Source: Nannocystis pusilla (GTDB lineage: Bacteria > Myxococcota_A > Polyangia > Nannocystales > Nannocystaceae). Taken from it: a stretch of 64,000 nt of DNA. Below are positions 1-9,059 of this stretch, piece after piece. The DNA lies in NCBI RefSeq assembly GCF_049060185.1, contig NZ_JBMEQO010000002.1. The stretch is one strand, 5' to 3'. The position numbers and the translations under genes are program-made. The notes below the pieces were generated by a model. It was not told the DNA's origin, did no database searches, and was given only the letters and a program-made list of their open reading frames with translations. Positions within the stretch are counted from its first letter, which is position 1, and every line of letters starts with the position of its first letter.

Positions 1-432
1 CACGACGTGCTCGCCACCAACCTGCACGGGCCGTTCTACGTCGTGCGCGCGTTCCTGCCGGCGATGCTGGCGGCCCGGTTCGGGCGGATCGTCAACATCT
101 CGTCGATCCAGCACAACGGCGCGGCCGGCCAGGCCAACTACGCCGCCAGCAAGGCCGGCCTGCACGGCTTCACCCAGGCGCTCGCCAAGGAGTACGGGCG
201 CAAGGGCATCACCGCCAACGTCGTCGTGCCGGGCTTCTTCGACACCGACATGACGCGCGAGACCATGCCGCAGGCGGCCAAGGACTACTGGCAGCAGTAC
301 TGCCCGATGCCGAAGGGGCGCATGGGCACGCTGGCCGAGCTGGCGGCGACGGTCCTGTTCCTGGCCACGGGCGGCAGCTTCATCAACGGTCAGGTCGTGC
401 CGGTCACCGGCGGCCTCGACTGGACGTACTGA
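1..432 (+). CDS. SDR-family oxidoreductase, FabG-like (3-oxoacyl-ACP reductase-like); C-terminal fragment, 5' end lies outside the window
   Basis: Translation ...NISSIQHNGAAGQANYAASKAGLHGFTQALAKEYGRKGITANVVVPGFFDTDM... carries the SDR active-site YxxxK (YAASK) context and the Rossmann C-terminal half. Stop at 430-432. Confidence 0.75.
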   Translation, partial: HDVLATNLHGPFYVVRAFLPAMLAARFGRIVNISSIQHNGAAGQANYAASKAGLHGFTQALAKEYGRKGITANVVVPGFFDTDMTRETMPQAAKDYWQQYCPMPKGRMGTLAELAATVLFLATGGSFINGQVVPVTGGLDWTY

Positions 433-445
433 GAGGAGGACGGCG

Positions 446-1687
446 ATGGCGCACCACCGGCCGCGCGTGGGCATCGAGCGGATCACGGCGTACCCGTGCA
501 CGCTCTCGCTCGACATGAAGCTGCTCGCGGAGGCGCGCGATCACGATCCGCGCCACCCGCTCGAGGAGCTGTGGGTCAGCGAGCGCTCGCTCAACCCGAC
601 GTGGGAAGATCCGGTGACGATGGCGGTCAACGCCGCGCTGCAGATCGTCCGGCCCGAGGACCGCCAGGACATCGAGCTCGTGATCGTCGGTACCGAGTCG
701 TCGGTCGACTTCGGCAAGCCGATCTCGACCTACGTGCAGCGCTACTGCGGGCTCACGGCCAACTGCCGCAACTTCGAGACCAAGCACGCCTGCTACGGCG
801 GCACCGGCGGCCTGATGATGGCGGCCCACTGGGTGGCGTCGGGCGCGGCGCCGGGCAAGAAGGCGCTGGTGGTCTGCACCGACCAGAGCCGCGTGCACCT
901 CGGCCAGCCGTGGGAGTACGTGCTCGGCGCGGCCGCGACGGCGATGCTGGTCAGCGCCCAGCCCGACGTGCTCGAGATCGACCTCGACACCTGCGGCTAC
1001 TGGACGCAGGAGATCTTCGACACCTACCGCCCGACCTCGACGAAGGAGGTCGGCCACGCCGACACCAGCCTGTACGGCTACCTCGACGCGCTCGAGGGCG
1101 CCTACGACCACTTCGTCGCCCGCTCGGGCATGGTCGACTACGACGCCGAGTTCGCGCGCCACATCTACCACGTGCCGTTCGGCGGCATGACCTTTCGGGC
1201 CCACCGGGCGCTGCTCCGCCGCGGTCCGCACGAGATGTCGCTGCGTGAGGCCAAGGCCCACTTCGAGCGCAAGTCGAAGCAGGCGCTGCGCTACAACTCG
1301 CGCTTCGGCGGCACGTACACCTCGGCGACCTTCATCGCCATGCTCGGCCTCATCGACGCCGACCCCGAGCTGCGCGCCGGCGACAAGGTCTCGATCTTCT
1401 CCTACGGCTCGGGCTCGTGCGCCGAGTTCTACCGCGCGACCGTCGGTGAGCGCGCGCGCGAGCAGGTCGCGGGCCAGCGCGTCGGCGCCGGCCTCGATCG
1501 CCGCATGCCGCTCACCATCGAGGAGTACGAGGCGCTCGAGCGCCAGCGCGCCGCCACCATCGACCAGAGCGACTACGAGGTCGACCAGTCGGGCCTGCGC
1601 GGGCTCTACGAGCGCGCCTACGCCGGCAAGGGCCGCCTCGTGCTCGACGCGGTGCGCGGCTTCCAGCGGGAGTACCGCCTGTCCTGA
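446..1687 (+). CDS. Hydroxymethylglutaryl-CoA synthase family (HMGS; PksG/MvaS-like)
   Basis: 413 aa; thiolase-fold HMGS signatures (ELVIVGTESSVDFGKP, CYGGTGG, YHVPFGG, SYGSGS). Intact ORF with GC-rich third positions. Confidence 0.85.
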   Translation: MAHHRPRVGIERITAYPCTLSLDMKLLAEARDHDPRHPLEELWVSERSLNPTWEDPVTMAVNAALQIVRPEDRQDIELVIVGTESSVDFGKPISTYVQRYCGLTANCRNFETKHACYGGTGGLMMAAHWVASGAAPGKKALVVCTDQSRVHLGQPWEYVLGAAATAMLVSAQPDVLEIDLDTCGYWTQEIFDTYRPTSTKEVGHADTSLYGYLDALEGAYDHFVARSGMVDYDAEFARHIYHVPFGGMTFRAHRALLRRGPHEMSLREAKAHFERKSKQALRYNSRFGGTYTSATFIAMLGLIDADPELRAGDKVSIFSYGSGSCAEFYRATVGERAREQVAGQRVGAGLDRRMPLTIEEYEALERQRAATIDQSDYEVDQSGLRGLYERAYAGKGRLVLDAVRGFQREYRLS

Positions 1688-1794
1688 GGCTCCGACCATG
1701 CCGCGCACGTCCCTCGCCACGCCGGCCGCGCCGCCCTCGGCGTCGTGCGGCCCGGCCGCTCGTCTTCTCGTCTCAGCACTTCGGAGGTGATCGC

Positions 1795-2547
1795 GTGCGC
1801 GTCCGCTGCGAAGAGGGCGAGCTGATCCATCGGCTGTTCCTCGGGACAGGTCCCGGAGGACATGTCGCATTGGACACCGACGGGATCGCCGCGCTGGCCG
1901 ACGCGGTCGAGCAGGCGGTCGCGGGCCCGGTGCGCGCGCTGGTGATCGCCAGCGAGGGCCCCGAGTTCTGCGCCGGCATGGACCTCGCGGCCGCGCTGCG
2001 GACCCCGTCGGCGCAGATGCGCGAGGCGATGCAGCGCTTCGCCGGCTGCCTCGAGCTGCTGGCGAGCGCGAAGCTGGCGACGATCGCGGTGGTCACCGGC
2101 GCGGCCAGCGGCGGCGGGGTCGGCCTGGCGGCCGCGTGCGACCTGGTGGTGGCGGCGCCGACGGCCACGTTCGCGCTGCCGGAGCTGCGCTACGGGCTGG
2201 TGCCGGCGGTGATCTTCCCGGCCCTCGAGGCCCGGATCGGCGCGCGGCGGACCCGGCGGCTGGCGCTCACCGGCGAGCTTGTGACCGCGGCCCAGGCCGA
2301 GCCGTGGGGCCTCGTGGACGTGGTCGCGGACGACCCGGACAAGGCGCTGCGCGGGCTCTTGCGCTCGCTGCTGCGCGCGCCCGCAGGCGGTGGCGACGCT
2401 CAAGCGGATCACCGGGCCGGCGGGGCAGGGCGGGGTGGCCCAGACCGCGGCCGACCTCGAGGACCCCGAGCTGCGGGCGGCGCTGGCGGCCCTGCTGGCC
2501 GAGGGGCAGGCGCCGCCGTGGTTCGCCAGGCTGAAAGGACAGGAATG
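1795..2547 (+). CDS. Enoyl-CoA hydratase/isomerase family, ECH1-like (crotonase fold); one frame change near 2385
   Basis: GTG start with GGAGGTGA RBS at 1783-1790. Crotonase motifs (ASEGPEFCAGMDL, GGGVGLAAACD). The C-terminal ...TLKRITGPAGQGGVAQTAADLEDPELRAALAALLAEGQAPPWFARLKGQE* is in a second frame, stop 2545-2547. Three 14-bp GGACA units sit at 1844-1885 in the 5' coding region. Confidence 0.6.
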
Positions 2548-3321
2548 AACGCGCATGTCCCAACAGACAGCCTCGTCGAGGTGACGCTCGAGCGCGACGG
2601 CGTGGCCGTGCTGACCATGCGCGACGCGGCCGGCAAGAACGCGTTCGGCCGGGCGTTCGTCGCCGTGTTGACGCGCGCGCTCGAGGAGCTCGGCCGGCGC
2701 GCCGACGTGCGCGTGGTCGTGATTGCCGGTTTGCCCGAGGTGTTCTCCGCCGGCGGCGACCGCGACGTCCTGCTCGGCCTCGCCGACGGCACGATCGCCC
2801 CGTACGACCTGCTGCTGACGCGGGCGTTGCTCGAGGTGCCGGTGCCGACGATCGCCGCGATGGCGGGGCCCGCGGTCGGCGGCGGCCTGGTGTTCGGCCT
2901 CGCCTGCGACATGGTCGTGATGGCCCGCGAGAGCCGCTACGGCGCCAATTTCATGGACCTCGGCTTCACGCCGGGGATGGGCGCGACGCGCCTCGTGCAG
3001 TTCGCGTTCGGCGAGTACGTCGGGGCCGAGATGCTGTTCGGCTCGCAGTACTTCCGCGGCGAGCAGCTGGCGGGGCGCGGCCAGGTCAACGCCGTCGTGC
3101 CGCGCGCCGAGGTGCTGCCGCGGGCGCTCGACATGGCGGCGCGGATCGCCGACAAGCCGCGGGCTGCGCTGCTGTTGCTCAAACGTGCGCTGGCGTTGCC
3201 GCGCCGACGCGCCTTCGAGGAGGCGCGCACGGTCGAGTCGATGATGCACGAGGTATGCTTCGCCGACCCGGAGACGGTGGCGCGGATCCGCACGAACTAC
3301 GGGCCAGGCCAGGGAGGATGA
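2546..3321 (+). CDS. Enoyl-CoA hydratase/isomerase family, ECH2-like
   Basis: ATG overlaps the ECH1 stop (ATGA). 258 aa crotonase fold (VVIAGLPEVFSAGGD, AAMAGPAVGGGLVFGLACD). Confidence 0.7.
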
Positions 3322-3324
3322 CGC

Positions 3325-4140
3325 TTGCTCAATGACTTCAAGGACAGGGTCGTCTTGATCACGGGCGGGACGCGCGGCATCGGCCTCGCGTGCGCGCTCG
3401 CGTTCGGGCGCCAGGGCGCGCGCACGGTGCTGACGCACCGCTGGGGCTCGGCCGACGAGGACGCGCTGAAGGCCCGCTTCGTCGCCGTCGGGGCCCCGGC
3501 GCCGCTGGTGATCGAGGCCGACGCGTCGCGCGAGGAGGACACCGACAAGCTGACCGCGCGGCTCAAGGAGGAGTGCGACGGCGTGTGGGCGTTCATCAGC
3601 AACGTCTGCGTGGTCCAGCGCGGCGAAGGCCCGGAGAAGCACACCCGGCGCGCGCTGTACAAGAGCCTCGAGTACTCGAGCTGGCCGTTCGTCGGCTACC
3701 TGCAGGCGCTGCACGCCGCGTTCGGTCGCTACCCCCGCTACGCGCTGGCGATGTCGTCCGACGGGCCCGACACGCACTACCCCGGCTACGACTACGTGGC
3801 GGTGGCCAAGGCGGTGCTCGAGACGTTCGTGCGCTACATGAGCACGCACCTGCACGAGCACGGCTGCATCGTCAACGCCCTGCGCACCCGCCAGGTCATG
3901 ACCGAGAGCTACGAGCAGATGTTCGCCGCCCAGCAGCGCGAGCTGGCGGGCAAGTTCCCCGAGTTCGCGTGCACCGTCGACGAGGTCGCCGACACGACCC
4001 TCGCGCTGTGCAGCGGGCTGTTCGACGCGATGGGCGGGCAGGTGCTGACGCTCGACCGCGGCGCGGCGTTCGTCGACAACGTCGCCACGCTCGGGCCGCG
4101 GCTCGTCGGCGACAGCGACAAGGAAGGAGCTCCGGCGTGA
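3325..4140 (+). CDS. FabI-like enoyl-[ACP] reductase / SDR
   Basis: TGGTRGIG glycine motif; HYPGYDYVAVAKAVLETFVRYM matches the FabI Y-x6-K active-site region (compare E. coli FabI YNVMGLAKASLEANVRYM). TTG start 4 bp after the ECH2 stop. Confidence 0.7.
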   Translation: MLNDFKDRVVLITGGTRGIGLACALAFGRQGARTVLTHRWGSADEDALKARFVAVGAPAPLVIEADASREEDTDKLTARLKEECDGVWAFISNVCVVQRGEGPEKHTRRALYKSLEYSSWPFVGYLQALHAAFGRYPRYALAMSSDGPDTHYPGYDYVAVAKAVLETFVRYMSTHLHEHGCIVNALRTRQVMTESYEQMFAAQQRELAGKFPEFACTVDEVADTTLALCSGLFDAMGGQVLTLDRGAAFVDNVATLGPRLVGDSDKEGAPA

Positions 4141-5017
4141 TCCTCCGCAACGACCTCAAGGGCAAGGCAGTCATCGTCACCGGCGGGACGGCGGGCATCG
4201 GCCTGGCGACCGGCCTGCTGTTCGGCAAGTACGGCGCGCACGTGTACCTGACGCACCGCTGGGGCTCGGCCGACGAGGACGAGCTGCGGGCCCGCTTCGA
4301 AGCCGCGGGCGCGCCGGCGCCGACGATCGTCGAGGCTGACGCGTCGCAGGACGAGGACACCGAGGCGCTGATGGAGGCGGTCAAGCGCGACCACGACGCC
4401 GTGTTCGCGCTGATCAGCAACGTGTCGTTCGCCCACGTCAGCAAGTCGCACGAGGACCTCGACAAGAAGAGCTTCCTGCGCAGCCTCGGCTACAGCGCGT
4501 GGCCGTTCGTCGGCTACCTGCAGGCCATCCGCGAGACCTTCGGCCGCTGGCCGCGCTACGCGGTGGGAATGTCGTCGCGCGGGCCGGAGTACTTCCTCCG
4601 GGCTACGACTTCGTGGCCGCGAGCAAGACCGTGATGGAGACCTTCTGTCGCTACCTCACGGCAGATCTGCTCAGTGAGGATGTTCGCATCAACATCCTGC
4701 GCGCGAACCCGGTCGAGACTGCATCGCTGGAGGCCACCTTCGGGCCCGACTTCGTGCCGTTCTGCAAGAAGTACTACTCGGAAGGCTGGTTCATCGACCC
4801 CGACGAGGTCGCGGCCGCGGCGCTGGCCCTCTGCAGCGGCCTCATGGACGGCGTCAAGGGGCAGATTCTGCTACTGGACAGGGGCCTCGGTTTCGCCGAC
4901 AACGTCGTTCGCCTGTTTTCGGCGCGCGAGCGCCACGGGCTGAGTTTTGACCTTCGCTTCCTGCGAGATTCGCTGCGGGCAACCTGCACCGCGCCCACCA
5001 AGGAGAACCGAGAATGA
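4137..5017 (+). CDS. Second FabI-like enoyl-[ACP] reductase paralog (tandem duplicate); frame change near 4592
   Basis: GTG start overlaps the upstream stop (GTGA), RBS AAGGAAGGA. Paralogous to 3325-4140 (GGTAGIG, PGYDFVAASKTVMETFCRYL). One missing C in a CCC run joins the two frames. Confidence 0.6.
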
Positions 5018-5280
5018 GCACCCGCGATGATGTCTTGGCCGTCGTCAAGCGCCACCTCGTGGACACCGTCGAAGGGATCGATGCGGCCCAGGTCGACCCC
5101 GCCAAGTCGATGAAGGACCTCGGCGCCAACAGCCTCGACATCGTCGAGGTCGTCTCCTGCAGCATGCGCGAGCTCAAGGTGAAGATCCCCCGCGCCGAGC
5201 TCAACAAGTTGACGAACATCAACGAGCTCGTCGACCTGCTGCACAAGACGGTGCAAGAGAAGCAGGCCGCCGCGTCCTGA
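5014..5280 (+). CDS. Acyl carrier protein
   Basis: 88 aa. DLGANSLDIVEV phosphopantetheine-attachment motif (D-S-L). ATGA overlap with the upstream gene. Confidence 0.8.
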   Translation: MSTRDDVLAVVKRHLVDTVEGIDAAQVDPAKSMKDLGANSLDIVEVVSCSMRELKVKIPRAELNKLTNINELVDLLHKTVQEKQAAAS

Positions 5281-5459
5281 GCGCCGTCGGCGTGTGTCCC
5301 CACGGACAGGGTCCGGGGACATGACCGATCGGCCAGACACGTTCGCGCCCGCGCTGCGCTCGCCGCAGCCCGGGCGCGCTCGTCGTACCTGGACCTCGCG
5401 CGTCGCTTAGCCGAGTGGCTCGAGCGCAGTCGTGCGCGGCGCTGGCAGCTGGGGTGCAC

Positions 5460-5935
5460 CAGGCCTTCGGGGCAGGTGTGGACTTCGGGCGGAGAACGCG
5501 GCGAGGCGGTACGCCTGGCCTTCGGGTCAGGTGTAGACTCGTTCGCTAGGCAGCCGGAGGACCAGCGCCGCGGCGAACCGGCGCACCTAGGCCCGAGGCC
5601 AGGTGCGGCCTTCGGGCGCCGCAGGCAGCGTTTCGGCGTTACATCTGGCCTGAGGGGCAGGTGCGGACTTCAGGCGGGTCAGCGCTGCGGCGAGGATGCG
5701 CCTGCCTTTGGGTCAGGTGCGGACTCTGTCGGGGTAGCCGGCGGACTGGCGCCGCGGTGAACCGACGCACCAGGTTTGAGGCCAGGTGCGGCCCTCGGGC
5801 GCGGCAGTCGGCGGGCAGCGCTGCGCCGTCACACTTTGCCTGAGGGGCAGGTGCGGACTTCGGGCGCGCTGCGGCGAGGATGCGCCCTGGCCTTGGGCCA
5901 GGTACGGAGCTCGGTTGAGCCCGCGGGTCGGCGCG
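5460..5935. repeat. Imperfect higher-order tandem repeat, about 186 bp unit, about 2.5 copies, each of three sub-units beginning CAGGTG(C/T)GG
   Basis: CAGGTGYGGAC recurs at about 5476, 5531, 5603, 5663, 5716, 5783, 5848, 5899. Units at 5476, 5663 and 5848 are near-identical. Lies between convergent gene ends. Confidence 0.7.
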
Positions 5936-5941
5936 CAGTCA

Positions 5942-6759
5942 TCACCTGACTTGCAGTTCAGGCGGGCGGAGTCGGCGGACCAGCGCCTCGGCGCGGCGCC
6001 AGGCCGACACGACCAGGAGCGCCCACACGTTGAGCCCGAGCGCGACCGCGAGTGCAGCTGTCCAGAAGGACAGGTCGAGCCGGACGGCCGCGGCGGCGGT
6101 GGCGACGTAGAGCAGCGCGAGGTGGGTGTCGTGGCTCAGCGGTGCTGCCATGCGCAGGGGCGGGGCCAGCAGCGAGCGGGCCGCGCCGGGGCGGGGCGGG
6201 GGCCGGTGTGCTCCGGCCCGAGCAGCGCGGCGGCGATGTCGTGGAACACAGCGGGGCCGAGCCCGCGGGACAGCGCGGCCACCGAGGGCCGCGGCGAGGC
6301 CGGCGCTGCGTCGCTGCCTCCGCCGGTCAGGTCGCGGAAGCGGCGTCGCAGCTCGGCGTGGAGCCCGACGTGGATCAGCGCGCTGACCAGCGCCACCGAC
6401 GCGAGGGTGCAGGCCCACGGGTTGGCGGGCGCGGCTCGCAGCGTCAGCGCGACCCAGAAGGCGGCGCCGATCGCAAACTCGAGCGTGCCGGCCTCGGCCT
6501 CCGCGGCGCCGGCGACGAGGCGGCGACAACGGCTGGCGACGGTGAACGCGAACAACAGCCAGGCGGGGAAGATCCAGTCGACGCCGCTCGGCGCGGCCAG
6601 CAGCACGGCGACGGCGCCGGTGAGGCCGACCACCAGTCCGGCGAGGGTGAGCAGCTCGACGCTCGGCGCCGGTCGCACCCGCTCGAGGACCCACGCTGCG
6701 AGCGGCCGATGGAGGTGGCGATCGAGAGTTCCCTCGGTGATCGGATCGTCGTCGGCCAT
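5942..6759 (-). CDS. Hypothetical polytopic membrane protein (two frames; probable frame change near 6200)
   Basis: N-terminal part from ATG 6759 (MADDDPITEG...LLTLAGLVVGLTGAVAVLLAA...WLLFAFTV). The C-terminal hydrophobic part continues in a second frame (LALLYVATAAAAVRLDLSFWTAALAVALGLNVWALLVV), stop 5942. Confidence 0.4.
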
Positions 6760-6822
6760 CGCCTCGGAGGGTGGGCGGGGCCTCGGGCCCTGTCAAGCGA
6801 GCCCCGGCGCCGCAGAAACCGC

Positions 6823-7048
6823 TCAGGAGCGCGGCTTGGCGTTGTCCGGGACGACGAGCCCCTGCGCGTCGATGGTCTTCCAGAAGGCGGGCCAGCGCGA
6901 GATCTCGCGCAGCGTGGGCAGCACGTCGACGGGGTTGTGCGGGTACGTGCGGCGCAGGAACAGCACCGCGGCCTCGGCCGTCGGCGCCTCGAGGAAGTGC
7001 GCCTCGCCGGGCGGGTACTCGTAGCGGAACTTCAGGAGGGGCGGGGTC
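6823..7048 (-). CDS. Hypothetical small protein (about 75 aa)
   Basis: GTG start overlaps the upstream gene stop. GC-rich third positions. VTPPLLKFRYEYPPGEAHFLEAPTAEAAVLFLRRTYPHNPVDVLPTLREISRWPAFWKTIDAQGLVVPDNAKPRS. Confidence 0.35.
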
Positions 7049-7652
7049 ACGGGGTGGGCTTCCGGTGGGTATCCCACAGCACCTCGGGGACGGCGAAGGC
7101 GTGGGCCGCGGCGCGGGCGACGACGAAGAACCAGTCGCTCAGGCGGTTGATGTAGCGGACGGCCTCGCCGCGGACCGGCTCGACGCGGGCGAGCGCGACG
7201 ACGCTGCGCTCGGCGCGGCGGCACACGGTGCGCGCGAGGTGGGCCCAGGCGCCGAGCGGCCCGCCGCCCGGCAGGATGAAGCTGCGCAGCGGCGGCAGGT
7301 CGGCGTTCCACGCGTCGAGCTCGTGCTCGAGGCGCGTGACGTCGGCCTCCTCGACCTTGAGCGGCGCCTTGCCTTCGGTCGCGCCGGGCGTCGCCAGCTC
7401 GGCGCCGAGGTCGAACAGCTCTTGCTGGATCCGCGCCAGCGAGGCGTCGAGTGCGGCCAGGAACTCGCGGCGCTCCCCGGGCTCGCCCACGCGGGAGAGC
7501 TCGACGCGCAGCACGCCGAGCACCGCGTTGAGCTCGTCGACCTCGCCGTAGGCGGCGACCCGCGGGGCGTCCTTGCCGACGGTGTCGCCGCTGGCGAGCA
7601 TCGTGTCGCCGCGGTCACCGAACTTCGTGTAGACCTTGCTGATGTAGACCAC
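7047..7652 (-). CDS. ATP:cob(I)alamin adenosyltransferase, PduO-type
   Basis: YTKFGDRGDTMLASGDTVGKDAPRVAAYGEVDELNAVLG N-terminus and the overall 200-aa PduO/MMAB architecture. Confidence 0.8.
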   Translation of the reverse strand: MVYISKVYTKFGDRGDTMLASGDTVGKDAPRVAAYGEVDELNAVLGVLRVELSRVGEPGERREFLAALDASLARIQQELFDLGAELATPGATEGKAPLKVEEADVTRLEHELDAWNADLPPLRSFILPGGGPLGAWAHLARTVCRRAERSVVALARVEPVRGEAVRYINRLSDWFFVVARAAAHAFAVPEVLWDTHRKPTP

Positions 7653-7707
7653 GGGGCTGTCCGATCGGCCAGGTTCGTACGGCCAGGTGCTCGAGAGCAG
7701 GTGCCCA

Positions 7708-7732
7708 GGGACATGCCCGTGAGGACATGTCC
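7708..7732. repeat. Palindrome pair GGGACATGCC / GGACATGTCC, 15 bp apart
   Basis: Intergenic, 3' of the roadblock gene and 5' of the adenosyltransferase gene. Confidence 0.6.
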
Positions 7733-7747
7733 CTCAGAACAGCCGAC

Positions 7748-8263
7748 TCAGCGACCCTTCAGCGCGGCGATCAGGCGCGGCTGGAGCTCGGGGATGATGA
7801 CGAACACCCACCCGAGCTGCGCCTTGACGCCGTCGACGAGGATCGCCCAGCGATGGCGTTCGTCGAGCTCGATGACGAAGATCAGGAGGCCGTTGTCGCC
7901 TTCGATGATGAACTTGTTGATGCCCTTGGCGAGGGCATCCTCCGAGCGGGTCAGCGCGTTGTGCAGCTGCTCGGACAGGCGGTTGAACATGGCGCACGCC
8001 TTGGGCGCCGAGTTGATGCCCGCGAGCGACATGCCCGAGGCCTTGCTGATGATGTCGACGCTGATGAGGCCGCCCATGAGGTGGTCGTCGAGCTCCTCGA
8101 GGATGGCCTTCACGACCTTGAGGTCCATGTCTGACAGCTCCTTGTCGCGCGCTGCAACGTTGGGGGCGGCCGCGTAGGCCGGCGTCGGTGGGGTGATGGG
8201 CAGCGGCGGAAGTGGCGGGACGGTGACCGGCGCAGCTCGCTGCGGCTTCTCGATCACCGGCAC
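7748..8263 (-). CDS. Roadblock/LC7 domain protein (MglB-like)
   Basis: 171 aa. C-terminal roadblock fold pattern (GLLIFVIELDERHRWAILVDGVKAQLGWV). Pro-rich N-terminus. Confidence 0.7.
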   Translation of the reverse strand: MPVIEKPQRAAPVTVPPLPPLPITPPTPAYAAAPNVAARDKELSDMDLKVVKAILEELDDHLMGGLISVDIISKASGMSLAGINSAPKACAMFNRLSEQLHNALTRSEDALAKGINKFIIEGDNGLLIFVIELDERHRWAILVDGVKAQLGWVFVIIPELQPRLIAALKGR

Positions 8264-8754
8264 CGGCGGAGGGAGGGCGGCGTCGCGGTGCGTGGCGGTG
8301 GCTCGCTCCGCGGCGGCGGCTCGCTACGCGGCGGCTCGCTGCGTGGCGGCGGCTCGTTGCGCGAAGCCTCGTCGCGCTGACGAGCTCGGTCCATCAACAA
8401 CGCGACGATCGAGGTGTGTCGCACCGTCTGCGGGCAGTTCTCGGGCAACTGCGAAGACGAGACGCTGCCCTCGCGCCAGTCGAGGATCGTGTTGACGGCG
8501 TCGTCACCCTGGGCCGCGCCGGTCTCGGCGTGGACGAGGTTGCCGCCCTGGAAAAACATCGCGCCGACGCCATGCGGCGACTCGACGGACAGCTTGATCG
8601 ACATGCGCGATGTCTGCGCAAGTTGCAGGATGTCCCAAAGTTCAAATCCACCGATCTGGGCGATCGTGGTTGCCATTATTCGCCTCCCCGTGGCCCACGT
8701 GGGCCGCGACCGCGATCGGAGGGGCAGCTCCCGCCGATGTTGGTCTGGGTACAA
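8254..8754 (-). CDS. DUF4388-like domain protein with C-terminal SEPPPR tandem repeats
   Basis: IGGFELWDILQLAQTSRMSIKLSV...GAMFFQGGNLVHAETGAAQGDDAVNTILDWREGSV fits the DUF4388 pattern. The tail repeats EPPPRSEPP(P)R are encoded by an 18-bp DNA repeat at 8270-8345. Confidence 0.6.
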   Translation of the reverse strand: MYPDQHRRELPLRSRSRPTWATGRRIMATTIAQIGGFELWDILQLAQTSRMSIKLSVESPHGVGAMFFQGGNLVHAETGAAQGDDAVNTILDWREGSVSSSQLPENCPQTVRHTSIVALLMDRARQRDEASRNEPPPRSEPPRSEPPPRSEPPPRTATPPSLRRCR

Positions 8755-9059
8755 TACCGCGCCTGCTCATATCTTTGGGACAGGTTCTTCACGCGAGCCT
8801 GCGGCGACGCCATCTCAGCCCAGGTCCGTGGGGCCGTAACGGCGTCGCGTGTGTCCCGTCTCACTCGGATTACGAGGTTTGGCGTCCGAACTAGCATCCG
8901 CGCTCGCCGGGCAAGCCTGCGGTCAAGGCTTTCGCCGGCCACGCTAACACCAGCTTCGGAAAAAGCTACGTTGGAGACACCGGACACGCTGCGCGCTGAG
9001 TGCGCAGCGCCGCACCGGTCTCTCGGGACCTCGCCGCCCGGCCCTGCTCGCATCCCGCA

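Noticed and set aside
404-3861. Long antisense ORFs (for example 404-1870 minus strand of 488 aa, and 1618-3861 minus strand of 747 aa) overlapping the HMGS/ECH genes
   Set aside because: They have Arg/Pro/Ala/Gly-rich low-complexity translations typical of stop-codon-poor frames in high-GC DNA, and they run opposite clearly conserved genes. The same applies to 13511-14989 (plus strand), 43688-44896 (plus strand), 44229-46328 (plus strand), 53128-55146 (minus strand, N-terminal part) and 55113-56399 (minus strand).
5460-5935. Possible CRISPR array (regularly spaced CAGGTGCGGAC-like cores)
   Set aside because: Repeats are imperfect (not identical direct repeats), and the intervening 'spacers' are themselves repeated at about 186-bp periodicity. 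There are no cas genes. It is a higher-order tandem repeat.
8986-9008. Hairpin CGCTGCGC-gctgagt-GCGCAGCG as an intrinsic terminator for the membrane-protein gene
   Set aside because: An 8-bp perfect stem is present, about 50 nt past the stop, but there is no following U-tract on the transcribed strand. Kept only as a weak possibility and not listed as a feature.
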